Numbered from the stretch's first letter, positions 14,987-24,722 are shown. The stretch is DNA of 36,274 nt from Bacilli bacterium (GCA_028684255.1 JAQUGJ010000002.1:1-36274), one strand, 5' to 3'. Notes: generated from the sequence alone by a model not told the origin. Program-made: numbers and translations.

Positions 14987-16179
14987 TTTCTGTATTTGAT
15001 AGAAAAGAAGAATGTTGTGGATGTACTGCTTGTATGAATATTTGTCCGACTAAGGCAATAAAGATGGTTGAGGATGAAGAGGGTTTTTTATATCCAAAAA
15101 TTGATCAAGCGTTATGTATTAATTGTGGTAAATGTAGAAAGGTTTGTCCTTTTCAAAATGAAATAAATATAAGTAATAAACTTTCTAAGCCAACAGTTTA
15201 TGCAGTTAAACACAATAAAGAAAGTGTTAGAATGAAAAGTTCTTCCGGAGGTGTTTTTACTGCAATTTCAGATTATGTTTTAAATAATGGTGGCGTTGTT
15301 TATGGAGCAGCATTTGATGAAAATTTTAATGTTATTCATAAAAAAGCTGAAACTTCTGAAGAATGTAATAAGTTTAGAGGGTCAAAATATGTTCAAAGTG
15401 ATTTGTCAAATGTATATAAGCAAATAAAAGACTTATTAAAAAGCGACCGTCAAGTACTTTTTTCTGGAACCCCATGTCAAACTGCTGGGTTAAAAAGTTT
15501 TTTAACAAATAGTCGTACTAATACTGATAATTTAATAATAAACGATATTGTTTGCCATGGAACACCAAGTCCTAAAATATGGTTAGATTATATTGATTTT
15601 ATTGAAAAAGGTAATAAACTTAAATCCTATAGTTTTAGATTTAAAGAAAGAGGATGGCATGGATATAATATAATGGCCGAATATAAAAACGGAAAAAGAA
15701 AAATTAATACTAAAGAATTAAAAATTTTTACGAATTTATTTAGTTCTGATTTATTATTAAGACCTTCATGTCATAATTGTAAATTTGCTAATATAGATAG
15801 GAAATCTGATATTACTATTGGTGATTTTTGGGGAATAGAAAAAACTATGCCGGGAATTGATGATAACAAAGGAATTTCGCTTGCTTTAGTTAATACAGTA
15901 AAAGGTGAGCAAGTTTTCGAAAAAATTAAAGAAAATATTGATTTTTGGGAAAATAAGATAGAAGATTCTTTGCAACCTAATTTAATATCGCCAACTAAAA
16001 AGCCCTTAAAAAGAGAAGTTTTTTGGGAATACTATTATAAAAATGGATTTTTATTTATAGCAAAAAAATATGGTGGATATAATTTTAAATCTTATATGAA
16101 AAGCAAGATAAGATATGTGTTACAAAAAACCGGTACTTTCAATTTGATAAAATCTATTTTAGGGAAAAAAAAGGTTTAA
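14983..16179 (+). CDS. FrhB/FdhB-like (coenzyme F420 hydrogenase beta-subunit family) 2x[4Fe-4S] protein (copy 1)
   Basis: Two CxxCxxCxxxCP motifs (CCGCTACMNICP, CINCGKCRKVCP). The FrhB_FdhB-like body includes SSSGGVFTA, GTPCQ and the DIVCHGTPS and GDFWG regions. The ATGA start overlaps the wzx stop. Confidence 0.75.
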   Translation: MISVFDRKEECCGCTACMNICPTKAIKMVEDEEGFLYPKIDQALCINCGKCRKVCPFQNEINISNKLSKPTVYAVKHNKESVRMKSSSGGVFTAISDYVLNNGGVVYGAAFDENFNVIHKKAETSEECNKFRGSKYVQSDLSNVYKQIKDLLKSDRQVLFSGTPCQTAGLKSFLTNSRTNTDNLIINDIVCHGTPSPKIWLDYIDFIEKGNKLKSYSFRFKERGWHGYNIMAEYKNGKRKINTKELKIFTNLFSSDLLLRPSCHNCKFANIDRKSDITIGDFWGIEKTMPGIDDNKGISLALVNTVKGEQVFEKIKENIDFWENKIEDSLQPNLISPTKKPLKREVFWEYYYKNGFLFIAKKYGGYNFKSYMKSKIRYVLQKTGTFNLIKSILGKKKV

Positions 16180-16280
16180 TTATCTAGATTTATTGTTTAA
16201 TTAAATGGTTACAAATCAAACTTTTTAATGTTTGAAAATTTGATCAACATATATTTAATTTTAATGAATATATTATTTCA

Positions 16281-16330
16281 GGAAGTGTTTATTTAAAAGC
16301 TTTTGTCTTTAATAAAAACTTCTTTTTATT
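16281..16330 (+). terminator. Long hairpin terminator after the first capsule operon
   Basis: GGAAGTGTTTATT (16281-16293) pairs with AATAAAAACTTCT (16311-16323). There are 12 pairs, including one G-U, and one mismatch. TTTTTATTTT follows. Confidence 0.55.
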
Positions 16331-16343
16331 TTAAAAACAAAAA

Positions 16344-16388
16344 AGATTGTATTTTTTATTTAAATTTGCTATTATTGTTATAACATAG
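16344..16388 (+). promoter_or_regulatory. Promoter cassette copy 2 (TTGTAT-17-TATTAT), 42/45 identical to 12279-12323
   Basis: -35 at 16347-16352 and -10 at 16370-16375. The start codon is again exactly 27 nt after the -10 element. This copy contains the perfect palindrome TGTTATAACA (16376-16385). Confidence 0.55.
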
Positions 16389-16401
16389 GAGGTGATTTAA
16401 G

Positions 16402-17733
16402 TTGAAAAAATGGAAACAATTAATTCTTGTTGGTTTATTAATGATTCAAACATTTAGTTTTATTCCCTTATCAACTTCTGCATTATCAAAAAGTGAGTTG
16501 CTTGAAGATTATGTAGAGATACGTGATAAAGCAGATCTTACAATGGATAACATTTTAAATTTCTTAACGACTTATGATGATGAATTAAGTGACGTTATTA
16601 CGATAGAGTTAGCAGGTCATTTAATTGATGATTTTGTTGCTAGAGATGTAGCGGCATTTATTGATCACGTTATATCTGTTTTTGAAGTAGACTCACAATT
16701 GGCAATTGATTTAAATGCTTTAAAACCAGAAGCGGTTGTTTTAAAAGACGATATTATACAATATAAAGAGGATGCTTTGGAGTTTATTAACAGTGATGAA
16801 AATATAACTGCTAGTGATTTAACTAGTACTGTAGAAGACTCTATTGACAGTGGTTTAAAAGCACTTCAAATTATTGATAAGTTAGTAGAAATATTCAATA
16901 ATAGTACTTTGGGTGATGTTGATATTGAAGCAATTATTAATTCAGAGTTTGAGGAAGTAATAACAAAGATTCGCAATAATATGAATACAATTATTGCTGA
17001 ACAAGAGATCTCACTTATCAATCATTTAGATTCTATTAGAGATGATCTTATTTTAAATGATGAACAAAAATTTGATAGGATAATAGATATTATTGTATTG
17101 TTAGAAGAAGTTGAAGCAAGGATGCATAATACTTTTATTAGAATGGATGCAGTTGTATCTACAGACCTTGTAACAAATTATTTAACTAAGATAAGTGCAT
17201 TTTCTTCTAGAGAAATGAATAATATTATTATACTAGTTAAGAAATATTTAATTGATGAAATGACGGTTTCAATGCTTGATGAAAATTATGGTTCATCTGA
17301 GTATGTTAATAATATTATAGTTCCAGTTTATGGTGTTGTAGTTGATCCTAATCCAGTTATAAGGTTACAACCTTCACACCTTTATTTAATTGGCCAAAGA
17401 CCTATCAGTGATTTAAATGATGTAGAAGATAATCTATATACTAATAGTGGTAGTATGAGATATTCTGATTTGATATCAGGTAGGGTTGGAACTGGTTCTA
17501 TGATGCATGTTAATAATGGAAATGAAGATGTTTTATCTTATACGTTTATTATTAAAGGTGACTTATTAGGCCGTGCATTATCAGATATAACAGATATTTT
17601 CAGATTGATTGATGGTGTATTAGGAACTAATAATTTAACGGGAATTTATCAAACAGCTGGAGATATGAACGATGATTTAAATAATGATATATCCGATGTA
17701 TTCCAATTAATTGATCAAGTATTAGGAAGATAG
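16402..17733 (+). CDS. Secreted acidic helical protein with a C-terminal dockerin-like module
   Basis: TTG start 7 nt after GGAGGTG. Signal peptide MKKWKQLILVGLLMIQTFSFIPLSTSA. The C-terminus (nt 17548-17730) has two dockerin-type repeats: GDLLGRALSDITDIFRLIDGVLG (degenerate loop) and GDMNDDLNNDISDVFQLIDQVLG (canonical DxNxDxxxxxxD). Confidence 0.65.
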   Translation: MKKWKQLILVGLLMIQTFSFIPLSTSALSKSELLEDYVEIRDKADLTMDNILNFLTTYDDELSDVITIELAGHLIDDFVARDVAAFIDHVISVFEVDSQLAIDLNALKPEAVVLKDDIIQYKEDALEFINSDENITASDLTSTVEDSIDSGLKALQIIDKLVEIFNNSTLGDVDIEAIINSEFEEVITKIRNNMNTIIAEQEISLINHLDSIRDDLILNDEQKFDRIIDIIVLLEEVEARMHNTFIRMDAVVSTDLVTNYLTKISAFSSREMNNIIILVKKYLIDEMTVSMLDENYGSSEYVNNIIVPVYGVVVDPNPVIRLQPSHLYLIGQRPISDLNDVEDNLYTNSGSMRYSDLISGRVGTGSMMHVNNGNEDVLSYTFIIKGDLLGRALSDITDIFRLIDGVLGTNNLTGIYQTAGDMNDDLNNDISDVFQLIDQVLGR

Positions 17734-17744
17734 GAGGTAGAAAA

Positions 17745-18881
17745 GTGAAAAATATTTTAAAATCTGTAGTCATTATGGGGGCTTTTTTTATAGGGATGTG
17801 GCAAGTTAATGCTGCTAGTGCTGGTTTAACTACTAGTAAAACCAGTGTTTTAACTTCACAAACTACTAAAGTAAGCTTAATTATAAATGCTGATGCTAGG
17901 GTACGTGGTGGTCAGTTTAATTTAGGATTAAATAACAGTAATTTTGAAATTGTTAGTGTAGTAGGTGCTAGTGGTTTAAATATTAGTAAAAATGGTAATT
18001 TATATTTATCTTTACTTATGGAAGCAGATTATTCTATTCCATCTGGAAGTGCTATAGCAGTTGTTACATTAAGAGCTAAGTCTTCTACGGTAGGAGCTAC
18101 TTCTGTATTAACAGCAAGTAATATAGGGGTTACTTTAGCAGGTAGTTATGAAACTGTGCCAGTACCTTCTAAGTCTTTAACGCTTAGAATAGCAACACCA
18201 CCAAAAGCAGATCCTGTTGTTCCAAAGTCAACTGATAATAGTTTAAAGGAATTAACGACTAGTATTGCAGGTTTAGAGTTTAATCCAAATACACTTGTTT
18301 ATAACGCAACTGTAGATAGTAGTGTTAAAAGTGTTAATATAACGGCTTTGGCAAACGATTCTAAAGCTACTGTAGAAATAACAGGTAATAATGATTTAAA
18401 GTTAGGAAAGAATGTTATTTTGGTAAAAGTAACAGCTGAAGATGAAAGTGTTAAAACTTATACGATAAATGTTACTAAATCAGGATCTAATAATAATTTC
18501 TTGTTAAGTTTAAAAGTAGAAGGTTATGATATAAATCCTGTATTTAATAAAGATACAAAAAGATATGATGTAAAAATAGATTCAGTAGAAATAGATAAAT
18601 TAGATATTGAAGCTATAGCAGAGGATTTAAAATCAACTGTTAAGATTATAGGTAATGAAGGTTTAATAGAAGGTAGAAACATTATTAAGATAATTGTTAC
18701 TTCTGAGACTGGAGAAGAAAATACTTATAATTTAGTTGTTAATTTAGGATCTGAGTTAGAAAATGCTAAAGATACTAATAATAATTTACTAATTATCAGT
18801 AATTTAATAATAATTGCCATTGCAGGAATTGTAATTACAGTAATATTAGTAAAGAAAAAGAAAAATGAGAAAGACTTGTAA
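17745..18881 (+). CDS. Membrane-anchored scaffold protein: cohesin-like domain, two cadherin-like beta-sandwich repeats and a C-terminal TM anchor
   Basis: GTG start after AGGAGG, with a signal peptide. The cohesin-like region (about nt 17817-18200) includes KVSLIINADARVRGGQFNLGLNNSNFEIVSVVG...AVVTLRAKS. Two repeats of about 83 aa (18234-18479 and 18492-18746) follow the pattern L.eL..s...l.P.F......Y...V......v.i.A.a.d..atv.i.G...L..G.N.i.v.Vta..........Y.i.V. The C-terminus is LLIISNLIIIAIAGIVITVILVKKKK. Confidence 0.65.
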   Translation: MKNILKSVVIMGAFFIGMWQVNAASAGLTTSKTSVLTSQTTKVSLIINADARVRGGQFNLGLNNSNFEIVSVVGASGLNISKNGNLYLSLLMEADYSIPSGSAIAVVTLRAKSSTVGATSVLTASNIGVTLAGSYETVPVPSKSLTLRIATPPKADPVVPKSTDNSLKELTTSIAGLEFNPNTLVYNATVDSSVKSVNITALANDSKATVEITGNNDLKLGKNVILVKVTAEDESVKTYTINVTKSGSNNNFLLSLKVEGYDINPVFNKDTKRYDVKIDSVEIDKLDIEAIAEDLKSTVKIIGNEGLIEGRNIIKIIVTSETGEENTYNLVVNLGSELENAKDTNNNLLIISNLIIIAIAGIVITVILVKKKKNEKDL

Positions 18882-18897
18882 AACAAGTCTTTTTTTA
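18871..18897 (+). terminator. Rho-independent terminator after the cohesin gene
   Basis: AAGACTTG (18871-18878) pairs with CAAGTCTT (18884-18891). The loop TAAAA contains the stop codon. A T-run follows. Confidence 0.7.
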
Positions 18898-18938
18898 TTG
18901 TAATTTAATACTTATTTTAAAGTAATGTAACCAAATTG

Positions 18939-18967
18939 TTGCATTAAATATCAATAAATTGTATAAT
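18939..18967 (+). promoter_or_regulatory. Sigma-A-type promoter for the main glycosyltransferase operon
   Basis: TTGCAT (18939-18944), 17-nt spacer, TATAAT (18962-18967). Confidence 0.6.
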
Positions 18968-19053
18968 ATAAATGGTAAAAAATGGTAATGGGTAGATTTA
19001 TATTAAAAAAGTTGTTATAATTATTATTAGAAAATTGTAGAAGTATTTAACAA

Positions 19054-19082
19054 TTGACTAAAACTTAAAAATGATTAATAAT
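19054..19082 (+). promoter_or_regulatory. Second, tandem promoter candidate ahead of the priming transferase
   Basis: TTGACT (19054-19059), 17-nt spacer, AATAAT (19077-19082). Confidence 0.4.
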
Positions 19083-19109
19083 AACTTGTTAATTAATGAG
19101 GAGATAAGT

Positions 19110-19793
19110 ATGGACGATTGTACTAAATATTATGTTGATGAAAATAAGAATGTAAAAAGAAGGAGTTTCATAGAAGAAATTAATATGAAACTTTTCGCGG
19201 GTTTTAAAATTTTGTTTAATCTATTTTTTAGTTGGTTTTTTCTTATTGTATTGTTTCCATTATTTTTAATTATTGGATTAGCAATAAAGATAGAGAGTAA
19301 AGGACCTGTGTTTTTTAAACAGACTAGAATTGGTAAACATGGTAAACCTTTTACCTTATATAAGTTTAGAACTATGGTAGCAGATAATGATGTTTATGAT
19401 TTAAGTAAAAAAGATCAATTTACAAAAATAGGAAAAATATTAAGAAGGACTTCTTTAGATGAATTAGGACAATTATTAAATATAGCGATTTTAGAAATGG
19501 CTTTTATAGGACCTAGACCTTGGTTACCAGATTACTATGAAAGTATGAATGAAATACAAAAGCATAGATGTGATGTTAGACCTGGTATAACAGGGCTTGC
19601 ACAATGTATGGGTAGAAACAATATCAGTATTTTTGAAAAAATTAATTATGATTTAAAATATGTTAAAAATTACTCATTATTCCAAGATATAAAAATAGTA
19701 TTTTTAACTATTAGTTGTATGTTTACAGGTCATGGTGCAGATGCTGGTAAAGAAACAATTAATGAAGAGCTAAAGGCGTTGAGAGAGCAATAA
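19110..19793 (+). CDS. Undecaprenyl-phosphate sugar phosphotransferase (small bacterial sugar transferase, CpsE/WbaP C-terminal/PglC type)
   Basis: One TM segment, then GPVFFKQTRIGKHGKPFTLYKFRTM, DELGQLLN, GPRPW and PGITGLAQ. The start is set at ATG 19110, 6 nt after GAGGAG. The ORF track begins at 19071. Confidence 0.85.
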   Translation: MDDCTKYYVDENKNVKRRSFIEEINMKLFAGFKILFNLFFSWFFLIVLFPLFLIIGLAIKIESKGPVFFKQTRIGKHGKPFTLYKFRTMVADNDVYDLSKKDQFTKIGKILRRTSLDELGQLLNIAILEMAFIGPRPWLPDYYESMNEIQKHRCDVRPGITGLAQCMGRNNISIFEKINYDLKYVKNYSLFQDIKIVFLTISCMFTGHGADAGKETINEELKALREQ

Positions 19794-19806
19794 AGAGGTA
19801 GATAAA

Positions 19807-20562
19807 ATGGATGAATTAATAAGCATAATTATTCCTGTATATAATGCTGAAAGATTTTTAAATGAAACAATTGAATCCATCCAAAATCAAACATATAAGA
19901 ATTTTGAAGTTATTTTTGTTGATGATTGTTCAACTGATAATAGTGTAAAAATTATTAAGAAAAATATGAAGGATGATAAAAGGATTAAATTGTTTAAAAA
20001 TCCTGTTAATAGCGGACCTGCAATATCTAGAAACTTTGGAGTTCAAAAAGCTAAAGGTGAATATTTATGTTTTCTTGATGCAGATGATTTGTGGGACAAC
20101 GATAAATTAGAAAAACAATTATTGTTTATGCAAAAGAATAATTGTGCCTTTTCTTATACATCCTATGAATTTGCAGATGAAAACGGTATTCCAAATGGAA
20201 AAAAAGTAATTGCTAAAGAAAAAATGACTTACAATCAAGCATTGAAAAAAACAATTATTTCGACTATTACTGTAATGTTTGATTTAAAAAAAATAGAAAA
20301 AGAATTGTTATTAATGCCAAATCTAATATATGTTGAAGATACTGCAACATGGTGGCAAATATTAAGAAATGGTTATGTTGCATATGGAATCCCAAATGTT
20401 TTTTCTTATTATAGAAGAATTAGTAATTCTCATTCCTCTAACAAAATTAGAACATTAAAAAAATTATGGCATTTATATCGCAGTGTTGAAAAGTTAAATA
20501 TATTTTATGCTGGATATTGTTTTAGTTTAAAAAACATTAATGCTATTAGGAGAAGAATATAA
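19807..20562 (+). CDS. Family-2 glycosyltransferase
   Basis: ISIIIPVYNAERFL, VIFVDDCSTDNS and FLDADDLW (DxD). Confidence 0.85.
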   Translation: MDELISIIIPVYNAERFLNETIESIQNQTYKNFEVIFVDDCSTDNSVKIIKKNMKDDKRIKLFKNPVNSGPAISRNFGVQKAKGEYLCFLDADDLWDNDKLEKQLLFMQKNNCAFSYTSYEFADENGIPNGKKVIAKEKMTYNQALKKTIISTITVMFDLKKIEKELLLMPNLIYVEDTATWWQILRNGYVAYGIPNVFSYYRRISNSHSSNKIRTLKKLWHLYRSVEKLNIFYAGYCFSLKNINAIRRRI

Positions 20563-21359
20563 TGTCTGTCGAATTGTTGATATCCACAATGAATTTGAAA
20601 AATATAAAAGAACATAAAAATCTCATAAAAAAAATGAATATTACTGGTAATTCTACCACGATTAATCAAGTTACAGACCATAGCATTCAATTATTTGATG
20701 ATTTAGGTAAAAATAGTGTTTTTTCTTTTTATGATAAAGGGTTAAGTAAAAGTAGAAATATAGCTATTGAAAAAAGTAAAAGTGATATTTGTATAATTGC
20801 CGATGATGATGTTGTTTATGTTGATGATTATGAAAAAATAGTTAAAAATTTTTTTAATTTGTATTCTGATGCTGACATTATTACATTTCAAGTAGAGGGC
20901 ATAGGAAAAAAATTTAAAAGTTATTATAATAAAATTAGAAAACATAATTATATAACTACGATGAAAGTTGCTTCTGTTGAAATTGCTATTAAAAGAAATA
21001 GTGTTATAAAAAATGATATAAAATTTAATGAGAATTTTGGTTCAGGGGCAAAATACAAAATGGGTGAAGAAAACATATTTCTTACCCAATGTTTAAAAAA
21101 AGGATTAAAAATTATTTATGTTCCGGTTAAAATTGCAAATTTGTACATGGGAGATTCAACTTGGTTTAATGGTTATGATAAAGATTTTTTTATAAGCAAA
21201 GGAGCAGCTTTCACTGAAATATCTAAAAAATATTCAACGTTACTTATTATACAATTTGCAATAAGAAAGTATAAATTGTTTAAAGAGTATATGAAGATAA
21301 GTCAAGCTATAAAATATATGAAAACAGGAAAACAACAATATTTAAAAATGGTTAAATAA
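20562..21359 (+). CDS. Putative GT-A-fold glycosyltransferase
   Basis: KGLSKSRNIAIEKSKSDICIIADDDVVYVDDY (DxD-like). It lacks the classic GT2 N-terminus. TAATG overlap with the upstream gene. Confidence 0.5.
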   Translation: MSVELLISTMNLKNIKEHKNLIKKMNITGNSTTINQVTDHSIQLFDDLGKNSVFSFYDKGLSKSRNIAIEKSKSDICIIADDDVVYVDDYEKIVKNFFNLYSDADIITFQVEGIGKKFKSYYNKIRKHNYITTMKVASVEIAIKRNSVIKNDIKFNENFGSGAKYKMGEENIFLTQCLKKGLKIIYVPVKIANLYMGDSTWFNGYDKDFFISKGAAFTEISKKYSTLLIIQFAIRKYKLFKEYMKISQAIKYMKTGKQQYLKMVK

Positions 21360-21377
21360 TTTGAGGAGGCAGTACTG

Positions 21378-22484
21378 ATGAAGGTTTCGATAATTACAAT
21401 ACATAGAGTATTAAACTATGGAACGGTATTACAATCTTTCGCTACACAAGAACTAATTAAAGAGTTGGGATGTGAGGTGGAAATAATAGATTATATTACC
21501 GAGGAAAGAAATTTTAAAAAAATATTTTTATGGTCTCCTAAATCGTTAAAAAATTTTAAATTACGAAAAGTAATATATGTTTTATCTAGATTTCCAGCTA
21601 ATTTATTAAAACATCTTTCTTTTTCTCAATTTATTAATAAATATTATTTATTAACAAAAAGAAAATACTATACAATTAATGATTTGAAAAAAAACCCACC
21701 TTCTTCAGATATTTACTTAGTCGGAAGCGATCAAGTCTGGAATAGTAAATATAACGGAGGTGTAGATAGAGGTTTTTTCTTAGATTTTGGAGATGAAAAT
21801 ACCAAAAAAATATCTTATGCATCAAGTTTTGGCTCGAATGAATTACAAAAAAATGATTTTATAGAAATAAATAAGTTATTATCTAAATTTAATTTTATAT
21901 CTGTTCGTGAAGATACAGGAGTAAAGATTCTAAATGATATGGGATATAGTGCAGAGTTGGTGCTTGACCCTACATTAATGTTAAATAAAGATAAATGGTT
22001 ATCGTACATAAAAAGCAAAAAAATCAATAGAAGATATGTTTTATTATTTATTTTATATAATGAAGATAATGGTGCAACTCAATATGCAAGAAAAATAGCT
22101 GACAAATTAGGTCTTGAAGTTATCCAATTATATTGGAAACCAATTAAGAGACAAGGGGTAGATAGAATTGCTATTTACAAAAGTCCTTTTGAATTTTTGC
22201 GATATATAAGGGATGCAGAATATATAGTAACAAATTCTTTTCACGGCACAGCATTTGCCATAAATTTTAACAAACAATTTATTACTGTTGCTAGAAGTGA
22301 ATTTAATACAAGATTAGAGAGTATTTTAAGACTATGTAAATTAGAAAATAGATATATAACTAAAAAAATTAATATTAAAGAAGTAATAAAAAAAATTAAC
22401 TATACACTAGTTAACGAAATACTAGAAAAAGAACGTAATAAATCCTTATCTTATCTTGAAAAAGCAATATATAAAAGAGAGTAG
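21378..22484 (+). CDS. Polysaccharide pyruvyl transferase family protein (copy 2)
   Basis: ITIHRVLNYGTVLQSFA, GSDQVWNS and NSFHGTAFAINFNKQF. It is a paralogue of the gene at 12337-13446. Confidence 0.8.
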   Translation: MKVSIITIHRVLNYGTVLQSFATQELIKELGCEVEIIDYITEERNFKKIFLWSPKSLKNFKLRKVIYVLSRFPANLLKHLSFSQFINKYYLLTKRKYYTINDLKKNPPSSDIYLVGSDQVWNSKYNGGVDRGFFLDFGDENTKKISYASSFGSNELQKNDFIEINKLLSKFNFISVREDTGVKILNDMGYSAELVLDPTLMLNKDKWLSYIKSKKINRRYVLLFILYNEDNGATQYARKIADKLGLEVIQLYWKPIKRQGVDRIAIYKSPFEFLRYIRDAEYIVTNSFHGTAFAINFNKQFITVARSEFNTRLESILRLCKLENRYITKKINIKEVIKKINYTLVNEILEKERNKSLSYLEKAIYKRE

Positions 22485-22491
22485 GAATAAA

Positions 22492-23502
22492 ATGAAAATA
22501 CTTTTCTTAGGAGATTATAAAGCTAATACGGGACCTTCAAATGTAAATAAAAATTTAAAAGAATACTTACCAAAAAATGTGATTTATATCAATAGTTCAA
22601 AAAAAATTTTTAGAATCATTGAAATATTCATAAAAGCATTTTTATCAAATGTAATAATAATATCTGGACATTCGAAAAGTAATCGAATTTGCATAAATAT
22701 ATCAAAAATATTTGGAAGAAAAAAGAAAATATTAAATATTCAGCATGGCTCAGCATCATATGAAAATGAAACAAATAATTTAAATAACAAAAAAATGGTA
22801 ATTGAAGAAAAATATCTTTTAGATAATGTAGATTTAATTTTATGTGTTTCAGAAAATTTTATGAAATGGTTTAAAAATTATAGTCCACAATATAGTCATA
22901 AAACTTCGTATTTAAACAATGGAGTTGATTGGGGAATACTTGATAAAGAAAAAAACAAAACAATAATTAATAAGGAACCAAATACTATAATAACTATGGG
23001 CGGCGGTAGACCACAAAAAAATAATGTAATGATATGTGAAGCAATAAAAATTTTAAATGAAGAAAAAAACAAAAAATATAAATTAATAGTATTAGGTAGA
23101 GACTATGAAGATACTGAAAAAATTAAATCATATAATTTTGTCGATTATGTTGGACAAGTTAAATACGAGGAAGCATGCTATTATTTAAAAAAATCTTCAA
23201 TTTTTATTCAAAACAGTTCTCTTGAATCGTTTGGGTTAGCAACGATTGAGGCGCTATTGAGTGGGTGTAACATATTAGTTTCAAAAAATGTTGGAGCTAT
23301 TAGTATTTTAACATTAATTGATGAAATTGACATTATCGGTGACTGTAATAACCCTAATGAAATTGCTAGTAAAATATTATATTTATCGAAAAATCCTAAT
23401 AATAAAAGGATAATAAGAGATCTTGATAAAAACAAGACATCTTATAAATATGCAGCAAATAGATTAATGGAAATAGTAAGAGAATTAGTGATAAAGGAGT
23501 AA
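22492..23502 (+). CDS. GT4 (group 1) glycosyltransferase
   Basis: C-terminal ESFGLATIEALLSGCNILVS (E-x7-E region). The start is set at ATG 22492, after the upstream stop at 22484. Confidence 0.75.
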   Translation: MKILFLGDYKANTGPSNVNKNLKEYLPKNVIYINSSKKIFRIIEIFIKAFLSNVIIISGHSKSNRICINISKIFGRKKKILNIQHGSASYENETNNLNNKKMVIEEKYLLDNVDLILCVSENFMKWFKNYSPQYSHKTSYLNNGVDWGILDKEKNKTIINKEPNTIITMGGGRPQKNNVMICEAIKILNEEKNKKYKLIVLGRDYEDTEKIKSYNFVDYVGQVKYEEACYYLKKSSIFIQNSSLESFGLATIEALLSGCNILVSKNVGAISILTLIDEIDIIGDCNNPNEIASKILYLSKNPNNKRIIRDLDKNKTSYKYAANRLMEIVRELVIKE

Positions 23503-23507
23503 ATTTA

Positions 23508-24692
23508 ATGAATAATGTAATTCAAAAGATTAAAATAGATAATTCAAGTTCACAGAAAAAACAAAAAAACATTACACCGCGAGGGAAAAAAAACAAATTT
23601 AATCAAATAATATATATTGTAATGTTAATATTGTTTTTTTTAAACTGGTCAACTCCATCAATTCATATCAAAATTAGGGAGATACTTCCAGTGTTTACTG
23701 CTTTATTATTATTATTTTTAGTATTAATAAATATTAATGAAATATATAAAGATAATAAACAACTTTTTATTTTTATATTTATTATAATTTTAACATTAAT
23801 AGGTATGGTGGTGAATAATTCTAATTTAGGTGTCTTTTTTGTAATATTTAATTTTTCATTAATGCTACTAGTTAGTAGTAAAGTTGAATTTACTGATAGG
23901 TTTATAATTATTTTATCGTGTTTGTTCCTGCTCTTTTTTTTCTATTGGATAACCTTGTGTCCTGAAGGATTTAATACAAATAGTATTGGTCTTGTAACTT
24001 TAGTAACATATATTTGTAGTTTATATTTTATTTTTTCAATCAAAGAAAGTTTTTTTAAAAAAATTTTAATTTTATTAATCACTTTTATTGCATATAAAAA
24101 CGTATTGGTTTCCGAATCACGCTCTTGTTTTATAGGTTTAATTTCATTTACATTTTTGTGTTATATAATACCTAAAAAAATGTGGTTAAATAATAAATCA
24201 TTAAAATTTATATATTTATTAATAACAATAGGCTCGATTTATTTTGTTATGTTATATATATTTATGTGGGAAAATAATATTACTTTTATTATAGAAGGAT
24301 TTTCAAAAAATTTTTTTTCAGGAAGAGAAGCAATTTGGTATGAGTTATGGAATTTATTTAAATTAAATCCAATTTTTGGATTAGGATCAAATATTGATTT
24401 GACATCAAATTCAAATTTGAATGTGCATAATTCTATGTATAATCTTTTGGTAATTTATGGTTTGCTAATTTTTATCTTGATTATTATTCAGATATGTAAA
24501 CATTTTTCAAATATATCTTTAGATAAAAATAAAAATAAATTTATTTTAATTTCATTTGCTGGATTTATTTCTATAGCGGTGCAAAGTTTTTTTGAAAATA
24601 CATTAATTTCAGTTAACTTTATTCCTATTATATTATTTTTACTTACTACAGCAAATTCAAATATATTAAAAAAGGAATTAAAAAAAAATTAA
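23508..24692 (+). CDS. wzy: O-antigen ligase/polymerase-family membrane protein (Wzy)
   Basis: About 10 or more TM segments. The Wzy_C-like block runs SESRSCFIGLI ... GREAIW ... GLGSN...NVHNSMYNLLVIYGLLIF. Confidence 0.75.
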   Translation: MNNVIQKIKIDNSSSQKKQKNITPRGKKNKFNQIIYIVMLILFFLNWSTPSIHIKIREILPVFTALLLLFLVLININEIYKDNKQLFIFIFIIILTLIGMVVNNSNLGVFFVIFNFSLMLLVSSKVEFTDRFIIILSCLFLLFFFYWITLCPEGFNTNSIGLVTLVTYICSLYFIFSIKESFFKKILILLITFIAYKNVLVSESRSCFIGLISFTFLCYIIPKKMWLNNKSLKFIYLLITIGSIYFVMLYIFMWENNITFIIEGFSKNFFSGREAIWYELWNLFKLNPIFGLGSNIDLTSNSNLNVHNSMYNLLVIYGLLIFILIIIQICKHFSNISLDKNKNKFILISFAGFISIAVQSFFENTLISVNFIPIILFLLTTANSNILKKELKKN

Positions 24693-24722
24693 AATTTTAG
24701 TGAAGTGAGAGTGATTTAATAG

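Noticed and set aside
19071-19109. The longer N-terminus of the priming transferase (MINNNLLINEEIS).
   Set aside because: It has no RBS, and the GAGGAG that serves ATG 19110 lies inside it. The extension adds only low-complexity residues.
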